A stretch of DNA of 64,000 nt from Saprospiraceae bacterium (GCA_965229635.1 OZ245894.1:2090672-2154671), one strand, 5' to 3'; positions 29,463-39,187 are shown, counted from the stretch's first letter. A program made the numbers and translations. Notes: a model not told the origin generated them from the letters alone.

Positions 29463-30095
29463 TTGAATTATATAGACTTTTATCAGGCATTTAAAAACTT
29501 TACTCTATTCTCGATTCAGGATATACAAAAGTCATTTCCCGGATTTGATAGAAAGATTTTGGTAGACTGGCAAAAGAAGGGATACCTTCTGAAGGTTAGG
29601 AATAGTTGGTATTGCTTAGCTGAATTCTCTATACAAGAGTCCGATTTATTTTTTATTGCCAACAAAATTTACTCGCCTTCTTATATTTCTCTGGAATCGG
29701 CTTTCTCCCTTTATGGCCTAATTCCGGAAGGTGTCTTTAAAATTACTTCGGTAAGTACGCTGAAAACGACCTCATTTGATACTCCAATCGGCGTTTTTAA
29801 TTATCGCAATTTTAAACCATCACTGATGTGGGGATATACATTGAAGAAACAGATTAATCACGATTTGAAAGGTTGGTACAAAGTAGCCACTCCAGAGAAA
29901 GCGATTTTAGACTTTTTATATCTTAATCCGGGTTACAATGACTTGGAAGATTTAGAAGGACTAAGATTTAACTGGATACAATTGCATGATCAGATCGATG
30001 TGGCAAGACTGGAATATTTAGCAAAATATTTTGACTCGAAAGCGCTTCTTGATAGACTCGAAAACCTCTTAAAACTTTTCTATGCTCACTCTTGA
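29463..30095 (+). CDS. abiEi: AbiEi-like antitoxin/transcriptional regulator (wHTH N-terminus), apparent TTG start
   Basis: size, N-terminal pattern and 14-nt overlap with the downstream AbiEii gene; low-GC island. Confidence 0.55.
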   Translation: MNYIDFYQAFKNFTLFSIQDIQKSFPGFDRKILVDWQKKGYLLKVRNSWYCLAEFSIQESDLFFIANKIYSPSYISLESAFSLYGLIPEGVFKITSVSTLKTTSFDTPIGVFNYRNFKPSLMWGYTLKKQINHDLKGWYKVATPEKAILDFLYLNPGYNDLEDLEGLRFNWIQLHDQIDVARLEYLAKYFDSKALLDRLENLLKLFYAHS

Positions 30096-30858
30096 TGAAA
30101 TTAAACAATTTTATACAGAGGATTTACATAGCTTTGATCGGTTTCTTCTACGCGAATACTTACAGTATAAAATATTGGAAATCGTTTTTGATAGTGCTTA
30201 TGGGAATAAGCTCTGCTTTATCGGCGGGACTTGTTTAAGAATTGTACACAACAATAATCGCTTTTCGGAAGACCTGGATTTTGATAATTTTAATTTGTCA
30301 AAAGAGGATTTTGAAGCAATTGCCGATATCATTAAAAGGCAGTTGGAGCTAGATGGATATGAAATTGAAATGCGCAATGTATTTAAAGGGGCATTCCATT
30401 GCTATATTAGATTTCCCAAAATACTGCATGAGAGTGGATTAAGTGGACACCTGGAAGAAAAAATCCTGATTCAGCTGGATACGGAGCCACAACATTTTGA
30501 ATTTGAACCAGAAGCTTACATTCTGAACAAATTTGACGTTTTTACCAGCATTTTAACCACTCCCATAGATATTCTGCTGGCACAAAAGTTTTATGCCATT
30601 TGCAATAGAAACCGCCCCAAAGGACGGGATTTCTTTGATGTACTCTTTTTACTGCCCAAGACGAAACCCAATTACAACTATCTTCAGCAAAAGATGGACA
30701 TCAGCGATGGAAAGGCGCTTAAAGAAAAGGTGCTGGAAGTATGTGCTGGTATAAATTTTCAAGAATTAACGCAGGATGTCAGCCCATTCCTGTTTCACTC
30801 CAAGGACGAAAAACGCATTGCGTTATTTGCTGATTATATCAAGCAAGAACAACTTTAA
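30082..30858 (+). CDS. abiEii: nucleotidyltransferase AbiEii/AbiGii toxin family protein
   Basis: LREYLQYKILEIVFDS...LCFIGGTCLRIVHNNNRFSEDLDFD signature of the DUF1814/AbiEii family. Confidence 0.75.
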   Translation: MLTLDEIKQFYTEDLHSFDRFLLREYLQYKILEIVFDSAYGNKLCFIGGTCLRIVHNNNRFSEDLDFDNFNLSKEDFEAIADIIKRQLELDGYEIEMRNVFKGAFHCYIRFPKILHESGLSGHLEEKILIQLDTEPQHFEFEPEAYILNKFDVFTSILTTPIDILLAQKFYAICNRNRPKGRDFFDVLFLLPKTKPNYNYLQQKMDISDGKALKEKVLEVCAGINFQELTQDVSPFLFHSKDEKRIALFADYIKQEQL

Positions 30859-30867
30859 AAAAAGCAA

Positions 30868-30897
30868 CCCCTCTCCCAACAACCGCCGGGAGAGGGG
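30868..30897 (-). terminator. GC-rich 10-bp stem hairpin followed by U-run on minus strand, 3' of flotillin gene
   Basis: cccctctccc-N10-gggagagggg, then ttgcttttttt on minus strand. Confidence 0.65.
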
Positions 30898-30914
30898 CCC
30901 AAAAACACTTGTCA

Positions 30915-33086
30915 CTACAACAAGCCTGCTATCTTTTGATCGCCGATGCCGAGAGTTCGGACCTGGTCGATCAAACCAGAGAGCGCGCTTTTATCGTCTT
31001 CACCGGCTTTGTTGTGGAGCTTCAGCAAGAGTGCCGCAATACTGAGGTTTTTGATGTCCTCCGTTTTCAGTCCCGACTCACTGATGAAATGCTTCACTTT
31101 GCTGAGCAATCCGCTGGAGCCAGTGTTATGGCCGTTTCCGTTGCCAATCAGGGCGGTTTTCAGGTCGCCGAGGTGCTGACTGTTGTCAATCAGGCGATCC
31201 ATGCTTTTACCGCGGTTGATGGCGTTCATCACGTTGTTGATGAAGGTATCTTCACCGCCAACGATGTCGATATTGGCTTTCTTGAAGGCTTCGGCTAATA
31301 CTTGTGCCTGAGCCTGTGCAATGTGCTTCTGAATTTCAATACCGGCCAGCTGAATGGCACGGTCGTTCTCCAGGCGCAGCTTAAACTCTTCATGCTCTTT
31401 TCCTACGCCGTCGAGTTGCTTCATGGCCTTGGCTTTTTGTTCTACGCCCTTGGCTTCGGCCAGTAGTTTTTCTTCCAGTACTTTGGCTTCCGCCAATCCC
31501 TGCTCGCCGGTACCCTTGGCAGTAGCCAGGCTCTTCAGTTCGATTACCTTGGCTTCGGAAGTACCCTTTTCGGCCATCACTTCGGCTTCCAGCAAGCCCT
31601 GCTTGTGCATGGCGGTCGCTTTCACTTCGATGCCTTTGGCTTCGGCAACGGCCTGCTTTTCGAGTACTGCCGCTTCGATCAATCCTTCCTGTTCGCGGGC
31701 CTTGGCTTTGGCTTCGATCACCTGTGCTTCCGACAATCCGATGGTGGCTTCTTCTGCCGCCTTGGCTTCGGCGCGGATCTTGCGGGCTTCGGCTTCTTTC
31801 TCGGCAGCGTTCTTCTGCGCTTCGGCGTCGATCAGCATCTTTTGCGCCTGTATTTCGGCGGACAGTCTTTCGGCTTCTGCAGCCTTCGTTTGCTCGATCA
31901 CGGTGGACTCACCGGTCTCCTGAGCGTGGATGATGGCGACTTGTTTGGCTCTGTTGGCGGCAGCTACTTCCCGGGTATCCTTGATCTTCTCTTCTTCTTC
32001 AACGGTCTTCTTTTCGACCATCACACGCTCGCGGATCACGTCCTGAATGTTTTTCTGCTCTTCTTCGATGGCGCGCTGCTTCTCAATTTCCGCAAGGGTC
32101 ACAATGCGCTCACGCTCGGTGGCTTCCAACAGGCGGTCTTTTTCTACGCGCTCATTTTCTACAGCTTCGGTACGCTCCTTATTCTTTTGGGCCACCAGCA
32201 CCTGGCGCAGCTTGTTTTCCTCAGCGATCGATAGTTCCTCCTCCGTTTTGATGCGGACCATCTCGCAGCGCAGGCGCTCTTCTTCGTTGATCTTGGCAAT
32301 TTCTGCCGCTTCACGGGCCTTGATATTGGCGATTTCGCGCTTCTGGCGCTCCTCCTTTTCGGCCAGTTGACGCTCAAATTCCAGAATGGCTTCCTGAGCC
32401 TCTACATTTTGCTCTTTAATGGTCTTCTCCTCTTCCCGGCGGATAAAGTTGGCCTTGATTTTCTGGGTAGCGGTCAGCTCGGTAATCTTCTTGATGCCTT
32501 CCGCATCCAGTATATTATCCACGCGCAAAAATTCCAGGGAAGTCTGCTCGACATAGTCGATGGCAGCGTCATCCAGGATGTATCCGTTCAGGTCGGTGCC
32601 GATGATGTCGATGATCTCGTTCTTAAACTTATTGCGGTTGTCGTACAGCTCGATAAAGTCGAAGCGTTTGCCCACCGTCTTCAGGGCTTCGGAGAATTTG
32701 GCCTCAAACAACTGGCGTAAGGTCTCCGGATCGGAGGCGCGGCGGCAGCCAATAGATTGTGCCACGTTCTTGATTTGCTCGGGGTCTTTGTTGACCCGCA
32801 CGAAGAAAACGACTTTGATGTCGGCCCGGATATTGTCTCTACAAATCAGACCTTCCTCCTTCATTCTGGCGATCTCTACGGTTTTCACCGAAAGGTCCAT
32901 CATTTCAAGCATTTGAATGACTGGAACGACCAGCATTCCCTTGTCAAATTCTACCTTGGTACCACCACTACCGGTCCGTACCATGGCCATTCCCTGGGGT
33001 ACCTTTTTGTAGAAGGAGACAATCAGAGCAATGATGCCGAAGAGGATAATAACAACAGCGATCAGCGCTACCCAAATTGGATTCAT
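30915..33086 (-). CDS. flotillin family (SPFH/band-7) protein with long E/A/K-rich coiled coil, YqiK/FloT-like
   Basis: N-terminal TM, SPFH domain, long EA-repeat coiled coil, 723 aa. Confidence 0.8.
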   Translation of the reverse strand: MNPIWVALIAVVIILFGIIALIVSFYKKVPQGMAMVRTGSGGTKVEFDKGMLVVPVIQMLEMMDLSVKTVEIARMKEEGLICRDNIRADIKVVFFVRVNKDPEQIKNVAQSIGCRRASDPETLRQLFEAKFSEALKTVGKRFDFIELYDNRNKFKNEIIDIIGTDLNGYILDDAAIDYVEQTSLEFLRVDNILDAEGIKKITELTATQKIKANFIRREEEKTIKEQNVEAQEAILEFERQLAEKEERQKREIANIKAREAAEIAKINEEERLRCEMVRIKTEEELSIAEENKLRQVLVAQKNKERTEAVENERVEKDRLLEATERERIVTLAEIEKQRAIEEEQKNIQDVIRERVMVEKKTVEEEEKIKDTREVAAANRAKQVAIIHAQETGESTVIEQTKAAEAERLSAEIQAQKMLIDAEAQKNAAEKEAEARKIRAEAKAAEEATIGLSEAQVIEAKAKAREQEGLIEAAVLEKQAVAEAKGIEVKATAMHKQGLLEAEVMAEKGTSEAKVIELKSLATAKGTGEQGLAEAKVLEEKLLAEAKGVEQKAKAMKQLDGVGKEHEEFKLRLENDRAIQLAGIEIQKHIAQAQAQVLAEAFKKANIDIVGGEDTFINNVMNAINRGKSMDRLIDNSQHLGDLKTALIGNGNGHNTGSSGLLSKVKHFISESGLKTEDIKNLSIAALLLKLHNKAGEDDKSALSGLIDQVRTLGIGDQKIAGLL

Positions 33087-33154
33087 GGTTTTTTATTTTT
33101 TGGTTATAAATGAGGTTCTTGTAAGTTGTTTATGAGGTTTATGATGTTTAGCTG

Positions 33155-33415
33155 GTTGAGACGGTTTAGAAAGTGTAGAGTTTAGAGAAAGGAACAGCTA
33201 TTTATTTTGCAAATTCTTTATTTACAGGCTGTTGCTTTGACTAGGAGGTTAAAGATTAATGTCTCGTTCAGGTTAAGGAGACGGTTTAGGCAGTTATCGT
33301 CGATGTTGCAAACATCTCCTGAGCGAACGGTTATTATATTGAATGGCCTCCTCTAAACCTTCTACACACTACACTCTAAACTAAAATAATTCTGCTAATT
33401 CTGCTTCAATTCCTA
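33155..33415 (+). repeat. MITE-like repeat family A, copy 1 (gtttagagtgtag... / ...ctacactctaaac inverted termini, aattctgct motif)
   Basis: related copies at 40225-40445 (inverted), 59759-59832 (short), 60224-60464. Confidence 0.7.
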
Positions 33416-33430
33416 CATTCCATCCACACT

Positions 33431-34090
33431 TTACACTTCAATTAATTCTTTTACCAGGTAATATTTTCCGTCTTCTGTTTTTCCGGTGATGACCACCTGT
33501 TTGCCTTTTTCCAGCGCAAGCAATTGCTCGGGGGCGGCTTTCACGTTGATGAGCAGCGTGCTGCCGTCGTTTTTGACTTCGGCCTGGGCTACTTTCCCAC
33601 TTTCGAGCGGTAATCGCAGTGATGCGGCTTGTCCCAGGTATTCAATGGGAGCGGCGCCGGACTGGTAGTCCTTAAAAATGGGTAGTAAGGGCGTCGTTAG
33701 TACTTTTGTAATGATCAGACTGATCGCCAAATTGGGCAGGAAGGTAATGGCCATGAAGGCCAATGAATCCCACCCCCACCAGCGGTTCAGCCAGATGCCG
33801 ATGGTCCACATACTCAGGCTCAAAAAGCTGAAGATGACCATAAACGGAATTCTGCCAAAGTTGAGAAAATGTAGGGCGTTGATCCAGCCTCCGGTATGGC
33901 CGGAAGCGTCCACATCAGCGTCCATGTCTACGTCTACATCCAGGTCGGCATCTACCTCAAAATCGAAGTCGATACTACCCAGGTCAAGCAGTCCCACGAA
34001 GACCGTGAGCCAGTAAAACATGGCAAAAACCAGCAGCCCGGTATACACAATGTTGGCAGGCAAAATGGCTTCTTGGAGTAATTCGTACAT
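33431..34090 (-). CDS. YqiJ/NfeD-like membrane protein (flotillin operon partner, OB-fold C-terminus)
   Basis: two-TM N-terminus, acidic DxD linker, C-terminal beta-rich domain, directly upstream of flotillin; start at MYELLQEA. Confidence 0.55.
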   Translation of the reverse strand: MYELLQEAILPANIVYTGLLVFAMFYWLTVFVGLLDLGSIDFDFEVDADLDVDVDMDADVDASGHTGGWINALHFLNFGRIPFMVIFSFLSLSMWTIGIWLNRWWGWDSLAFMAITFLPNLAISLIITKVLTTPLLPIFKDYQSGAAPIEYLGQAASLRLPLESGKVAQAEVKNDGSTLLINVKAAPEQLLALEKGKQVVITGKTEDGKYYLVKELIEV

Positions 34091-34123
34091 TTTCAGTTGG
34101 TTTGGTGTGTATATATTATGTTT

Positions 34124-34171
34124 GATAGAGACGTATTGCAATACGTCTCCACACATTGCAATGTGTCTCTA
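34124..34171. repeat. tandem palindromic repeats gagacgtattgcaatacgtctc / acacattgcaatgtgt
   Basis: perfect palindromes of the family also at 34499-34528 and 34577-34604. Confidence 0.7.
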
Positions 34172-34179
34172 CAAATACC

Positions 34180-34398
34180 CTACACAAATTCATCTAATGG
34201 TTGCACCCGGCTTTTGCGGCCCAGGCCTACGTACAGCAGCGAACCCAATACCGGTAGCCACAATACGAGGATCAACCATACTAATTTGTCGGTGGTACTT
34301 TTGAATTCGCTTTTCACGATTTCAATGATGCAGGCCACCCAAAAAATCAGGCATGCCAGCCCGATGATCGTTGTGAACAAAAACAGTAAGATTGTCAT
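34180..34398 (-). CDS. PLDc_N (phospholipase-D-like N-terminal) domain small membrane protein
   Basis: 72 aa, motif DKLVWLILVLWLPVLGSLLYVGLGRK. Confidence 0.6.
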   Translation of the reverse strand: MTILLFLFTTIIGLACLIFWVACIIEIVKSEFKSTTDKLVWLILVLWLPVLGSLLYVGLGRKSRVQPLDEFV

Positions 34399-34498
34399 AC
34401 GTCGGATAATTTTAAATGAATACTGTTGTCCGAAAATACATTGTTTAGCGGACTAAAATCAGGTGATGTTTTTTGTTTTCATCTGGTTCTTTGGGGTA

Positions 34499-34604
34499 AT
34501 GTAGAGACGCATTGCAATGCGTCTCTACATTTTTTCATTGGTCTTTTGGGGGTTGTACGGTTTTCATTGGTTTTTCTGTGGAGACACATTGCAATGTGTC
34601 TCTA
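34499..34604. repeat. palindromic repeat pair: perfect 28-bp gtagagacgcattgcaatgcgtctctac and near-perfect gtggagacacattgcaatgtgtctctac
   Basis: seen directly; first copy followed by T6 on plus strand. Confidence 0.75.
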
Positions 34605-34879
34605 CATTGCAATTTGTGCAGAAATCTTACCCAAAATAGATTGGGGTAATTTAATTTTTTGAAACAGTCGGGAAATCTATGGGTGATTGTTATACCACAA
34701 TAATGCACTATTTTCAGGGCTGAGTGCCACTTTCCTCGTCAAACTTGGATTAAATCTCGACAAGCGTTAAAAATTTCTTAATAATAAAGCCTGGAGAGGT
34801 TTTAGTAGTCTTTGGGTGTCTTGAATGTATCTTAGGATATCTATTTACAGGACATTTAAGAACAAGAGGGGTGGAATAA

Positions 34880-35371
34880 TCACTCCTCTGGTCTTATGGC
34901 TTGCGCCAGTTCAGGATGCCCTTTGAGAAACGCCTCCCACTGACTCTTACTGGCAATAAAGGTCATGCGTTTGCCAAAGGTGCCAGGGGTTTTCAGGCGG
35001 ATAGAGACGATGTTGAAGAAGAGGAATTTGACCTCGTTGATGGCTTCTATATTGTGCCAGGGATAACGAAAGTTGCGAAAGTAGTCAGTGACATAGACAA
35101 ATTCTTCATTCATTTCCACACGTTTGAGGCGCATCAGTGTGAGCGCCAACACTAGTGCTCCACTGATAAAGAAAAGCAGTGTACCTATCTGAAGAGATTT
35201 GACAGGCATGGCGCCGGACAACTCCTCTCCGTAAAAAAAGGTAGCGGTGGTCAGTGCACCAAAAAAGATAATCCAGAAGACTGGAATAAAAAATTTATAA
35301 AATAAGGTCAGATTCGTGGAAACTCGTTGCATGTTATTTAGAGTATGTTTAAAGTTCGTTTTTGTAGTCAA
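34880..35371 (-). CDS. hypothetical membrane protein (3 TM + C-terminal soluble domain)
   Basis: ORF with hydrophobic helices; no recognisable family. Confidence 0.4.
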   Translation of the reverse strand: MTTKTNFKHTLNNMQRVSTNLTLFYKFFIPVFWIIFFGALTTATFFYGEELSGAMPVKSLQIGTLLFFISGALVLALTLMRLKRVEMNEEFVYVTDYFRNFRYPWHNIEAINEVKFLFFNIVSIRLKTPGTFGKRMTFIASKSQWEAFLKGHPELAQAIRPEE

Positions 35372-35567
35372 AAATAATTCATTTCAGCTTTAATCGAGGC
35401 AAATTTGAGGTTCATATCCCGAAGCCAGTTCGGGACAGGCTCTGGAAGGTCTGGGCCGATAATTTAACGAAGAGTAAAGTTGAAAGGGATATTTTAGGCC
35501 CGAAGGATGAACTTTAAACATACTCTTGTAAGGCGAAATCTCTGTGTTGAAATTTCCGGTTGTTAAA

Positions 35568-36425
35568 TTAAGCCATCTCTTTTTCATTCTGCTTTTGTAC
35601 CCTTCTGGAAATGAAGATACTGCCTTCATACAAGATGTAAAGCGGAATACCGATGAGGAATTGTGTCACCACATCGGGTGGTGTCAAAAGAGCGGACAGT
35701 GCCAAAATACCAATAATCGAATGTCGGCGATACTCTCTCATTCCCTCTGGTGTGACTAGCCCCACTTTGGAGAGGAAATATACCACCACGGGCAATTCAA
35801 AGATCAAACCGGCCGGTGCGGTAAACATCACCATGTAGTTGACCAATGATACCAACGTGGGTGAATTGACGACCCCGGGTATGGTATACCCCACCAGAAA
35901 TTTGATGGCAAAAGGTGATATGATGAAATAGCCAAAAGAGACTCCTAGGAAAAAGAGGATGGAACAGATAAATACCATGCCCCGGGCAGCTTTTTGTTCT
36001 TTAGGATACAACCCTGGCTTGATAAACTGCCAAATCTCGTAAAAGATATAGGGAAACGATAAAACAAATCCGGCAACGAAAGACACCTTGATACTATTGA
36101 TAAAGGCTTCTCCTACACCCACTGTCTGAATAGTGAATTCGGGTGGGCTAAAACAAAGCGCACCTCCTAAATGAAGTATATCCGCCAGATTACAAAAAAG
36201 TCGATAGGAGATAAAGTCAGCATGTTTTGGACCAAAAATGACCTTGTTAAAGAACCAGTCATTAAAGATAAAGAGCACAATCCCCAATACGGTAATAGCA
36301 ATCAGCGAACGAATGATATGCCAGCGCAATTCCTCCAGGTGCTCCAGAAAAGACATTTCCTTTTCCGCGCCGTCCTGGCCGTCACCAAGTTTTAACTGAT
36401 CTACATCCATCTGATCCAGTGGCAT
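35568..36425 (-). CDS. tatC: twin-arginine translocase subunit TatC
   Basis: MSFLEHLEELRWHIIRSLIAI... six TM TatC pattern; start at MPLDQ. Confidence 0.85.
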   Translation of the reverse strand: MPLDQMDVDQLKLGDGQDGAEKEMSFLEHLEELRWHIIRSLIAITVLGIVLFIFNDWFFNKVIFGPKHADFISYRLFCNLADILHLGGALCFSPPEFTIQTVGVGEAFINSIKVSFVAGFVLSFPYIFYEIWQFIKPGLYPKEQKAARGMVFICSILFFLGVSFGYFIISPFAIKFLVGYTIPGVVNSPTLVSLVNYMVMFTAPAGLIFELPVVVYFLSKVGLVTPEGMREYRRHSIIGILALSALLTPPDVVTQFLIGIPLYILYEGSIFISRRVQKQNEKEMA

Positions 36426-36783
36426 AATCTGCAATTGTGACTCTCTGATCTTTACGTGGACCAAAGAAGAATTTTATAAACGTTACAAACCATCACTTTC
36501 GCTTTGATTCTTTTGGGGTGATTTCGTTTAACCAATACCCGGCAAAAATACGAAAAAGTTACACTTGTTGTCAAAACGTGTCTTATTTAGAACGACTATA
36601 TTTTCTGGCAAAGTGTTACTTTTTTCAACTTCTGCATTATGAGATGGAAAACGCGTCAGACACTTTCCAGGTTGTTTCCTATCAGACTGCTATTCTCAAC
36701 ATTCCTATAGACTGCTTCTATCGTGTATTGCCATCGGTAATACGGCTATTTTAATTCAATTACCAATTAAAAACACCCTTGTT

Positions 36784-38298
36784 ATGTCTATACCAAAGGA
36801 ACCCCGTCAATTGATGGTGAATCTGATGTATTTGGTGTTGACGGCTCTATTGGCCCTCAACGTTTCTGCTGAAATCCTCAACGCATTTAGTACCATTGAC
36901 CGCGGCCTGGGCGAGAGTAGTCAGGTCGTTTCTCACGCCAACGGCCAGATTTTTGCCGCCATTTCCAGCCAGGCTGATGCCTACACCCAGTTTGAACCCT
37001 TTCGGGAAAAGGCCGACGAGGCCATGAAAATTACCGATGCCTTTGTCAAGGAAGTAGAACAACTCAAACAGCAAATTATCGAAGCGGCTGGTGGCCTGGA
37101 TGAGGAAGGCAAACCGGTACGGAAAACGGATAAGGATATTCCTACGCGCATCCTGCTAAATGAGGGCAAAGGTGCAGCATTGAAAATAGAGGTGGAAAAA
37201 ACGCGTGAAAATCTCCTGAATCTATTGCCGGAACAACAACGTGTAGCCCTGGCTGCGGGCATTCCCTTACAAATTGCGGAAGTGCCCGCCAAATCTGACA
37301 AAAACACCTGGGAGCAATACACTTTTCAGCAAATGCCGGTGGTGGCCGTGCTGCCCATTCTCAGCAAATTGCAGAACGATGCCCGCATCGCTGAAACTAC
37401 CCTGCTCAATTTTTACCTGGAAGAAACCAATGTTGGCTCCATCAAACCCGATCAATACATCCCGATGATTGCAGCGGACCAAAGCTACGTTATCCGTGGA
37501 GAACCCTATCGCGGTGAAATCGTACTGGCGGCCTATAGCTCTACAGCTGATAATATCTCGGTAAGTGTGGATGGACGTACCCTGCCGGTAGAAAATGGTA
37601 AGGCAATTTTTACCAGCAATCCTTCTTCTCTGGGTACTAAAAAACATCGTATGTCTATTGAACTGACCAATCCGGTAACCGGTGAAAAGGAACATTTTGA
37701 GCGCGACTTTAGCTACGAAGTAGGGGAGCGCTCGGTGGCCGTTTCTGCGGAAAAGATGAATGTCTTTTATGTAGGTGTCGACAATCCGGTGGCGATTTCC
37801 GTGGCGGGAGTGCCAAGCGGTCAGGTGAATGTTTCGGCCAATGGAGTTTCCCTGCAAAAGCTCGACAACAATCACTATTTGGCGAAAGCCGATAGACCCG
37901 GCGAAGCCAGCATCACCGTTTCTGGCGGCGGGTTGGAGCCTTCTACCTTCAAATATCGCGTCAAGCGCATCCCCGATCCGGTCATTCGTCTGGGTACAAA
38001 AAGTGGGGGGATACTCAGCGCTGCGGAACTGAAAGCACACCGTGGACTCATCCCGGTATTGGAGGGATTTGATTTTGATGCCACTTGCCGCATTCAGTCT
38101 TTTAATATCGCTCGTGTACCCAAAAATGATGATGTGCAAACGGCTAGCAACAACGGTGGTGCATTTGAAAGCCGCACCAAAGCCATTATTGACCGTGCCG
38201 ATCACGGCGATGTTTTCTATTTCGATGAAATCAAGGTCAGATGTCCCGGCGACAGCTATTCACGCGAAGTGAATGGGTTGATTTTTAGAATAAGATAA
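36784..38298 (+). CDS. gldM: gliding motility / type IX secretion protein GldM (PorM family)
   Basis: N-terminus PRQLMVNLMYLVLTALLALNVSAEILNAF matches the conserved GldM N-terminal TM motif, ~504 aa. Confidence 0.8.
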   Translation: MSIPKEPRQLMVNLMYLVLTALLALNVSAEILNAFSTIDRGLGESSQVVSHANGQIFAAISSQADAYTQFEPFREKADEAMKITDAFVKEVEQLKQQIIEAAGGLDEEGKPVRKTDKDIPTRILLNEGKGAALKIEVEKTRENLLNLLPEQQRVALAAGIPLQIAEVPAKSDKNTWEQYTFQQMPVVAVLPILSKLQNDARIAETTLLNFYLEETNVGSIKPDQYIPMIAADQSYVIRGEPYRGEIVLAAYSSTADNISVSVDGRTLPVENGKAIFTSNPSSLGTKKHRMSIELTNPVTGEKEHFERDFSYEVGERSVAVSAEKMNVFYVGVDNPVAISVAGVPSGQVNVSANGVSLQKLDNNHYLAKADRPGEASITVSGGGLEPSTFKYRVKRIPDPVIRLGTKSGGILSAAELKAHRGLIPVLEGFDFDATCRIQSFNIARVPKNDDVQTASNNGGAFESRTKAIIDRADHGDVFYFDEIKVRCPGDSYSREVNGLIFRIR

Positions 38299-38335
38299 CC
38301 TGTATAACCCTAATTCCCATAACCAACAAAATTCA

Positions 38336-39175
38336 ATGATCATGAAGAACCTAATTTTGATTTTTGCTTTTATCGGCGCGTTCTCTTTGTCTTTACACGC
38401 CCAATTGGAAAGCACTCCCGATGCCGTCCTGCCGTTGGACGGCGTCGTGGAGCGCACCACTCTGCAGGAGAAGTCTCCCCTGAAATACCCGCCCATCCGT
38501 GAAGCCGATATCCTGTGGGAGGAGCGCATCTGGCGCATTATTGACACCCGCGAAAAGCAGAATTTGTGTTTTCGCTATCCGAAAAAGATGTTGTTTGAAA
38601 TTCTCCAGGAGGGCATCGAATCCGGCGCATTAACGGCCTATAGCACCGAAAATGACAATTTCCAACAACGGATGGATACCGTAGAGCTGTTTGCTCAATT
38701 GTACAGACGTGATACCGTCCCGATTTTTGATCCGATAACCTATGATCCCGATTTTCAGATCGTCATTAACGACACCGATCCGGACGATATCAAGCGCTAT
38801 CGCCTGAAAGAAGTCTGGTATTTTGATAGCCGACATAGTGTATTGCGGGTGCGTATCATTGGCATTGCACCCATGATCGATGTCAAAGATGACAATGGCA
38901 ATTTTCTCTACGAGAAACCGCTGTACTGGATTTATTATCCGGAGGCCCGCGAATTACTGTCACACCACGAGGTGTTTAATCCGCTAAATGACCAGAGCCG
39001 CATGAGTTGGGAAGATTTATTTGAAATGAGACAGTTTTCCAGTCATGTGTACAAGGAATCCAATGTGTACAATCGCCGGTTGCAGGATTATTTGTCAGGA
39101 GTGGATCTGCTACAAGAAGGCGAAAAAATCGAAGTGGACCTCTTTCACCGCGAGCACGATTTGTGGAGTTATTGA
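38336..39175 (+). CDS. gldN: gliding motility / T9SS protein GldN (PorN family)
   Basis: signal peptide, ~280 aa, immediately downstream of gldM as in gldKLMN operons. Confidence 0.6.
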   Translation: MIMKNLILIFAFIGAFSLSLHAQLESTPDAVLPLDGVVERTTLQEKSPLKYPPIREADILWEERIWRIIDTREKQNLCFRYPKKMLFEILQEGIESGALTAYSTENDNFQQRMDTVELFAQLYRRDTVPIFDPITYDPDFQIVINDTDPDDIKRYRLKEVWYFDSRHSVLRVRIIGIAPMIDVKDDNGNFLYEKPLYWIYYPEARELLSHHEVFNPLNDQSRMSWEDLFEMRQFSSHVYKESNVYNRRLQDYLSGVDLLQEGEKIEVDLFHREHDLWSY

Positions 39176-39187
39176 TCCCGTATTGGA

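Noticed and set aside
31354-32720. Multiple Ala/Ser/Leu-rich ORFs on the plus strand
   Set aside because: They are antisense to the flotillin coiled-coil region and are frame artefacts of its E/A/K repeat.
34124-34604. Possible CRISPR array from the repeated palindromes
   Set aside because: Repeat spacing is irregular (adjacent, then ~330 bp, then ~50 bp). There are no unique spacers of regular size and no cas genes. The units are perfect palindromes of differing sequence, not direct repeats.
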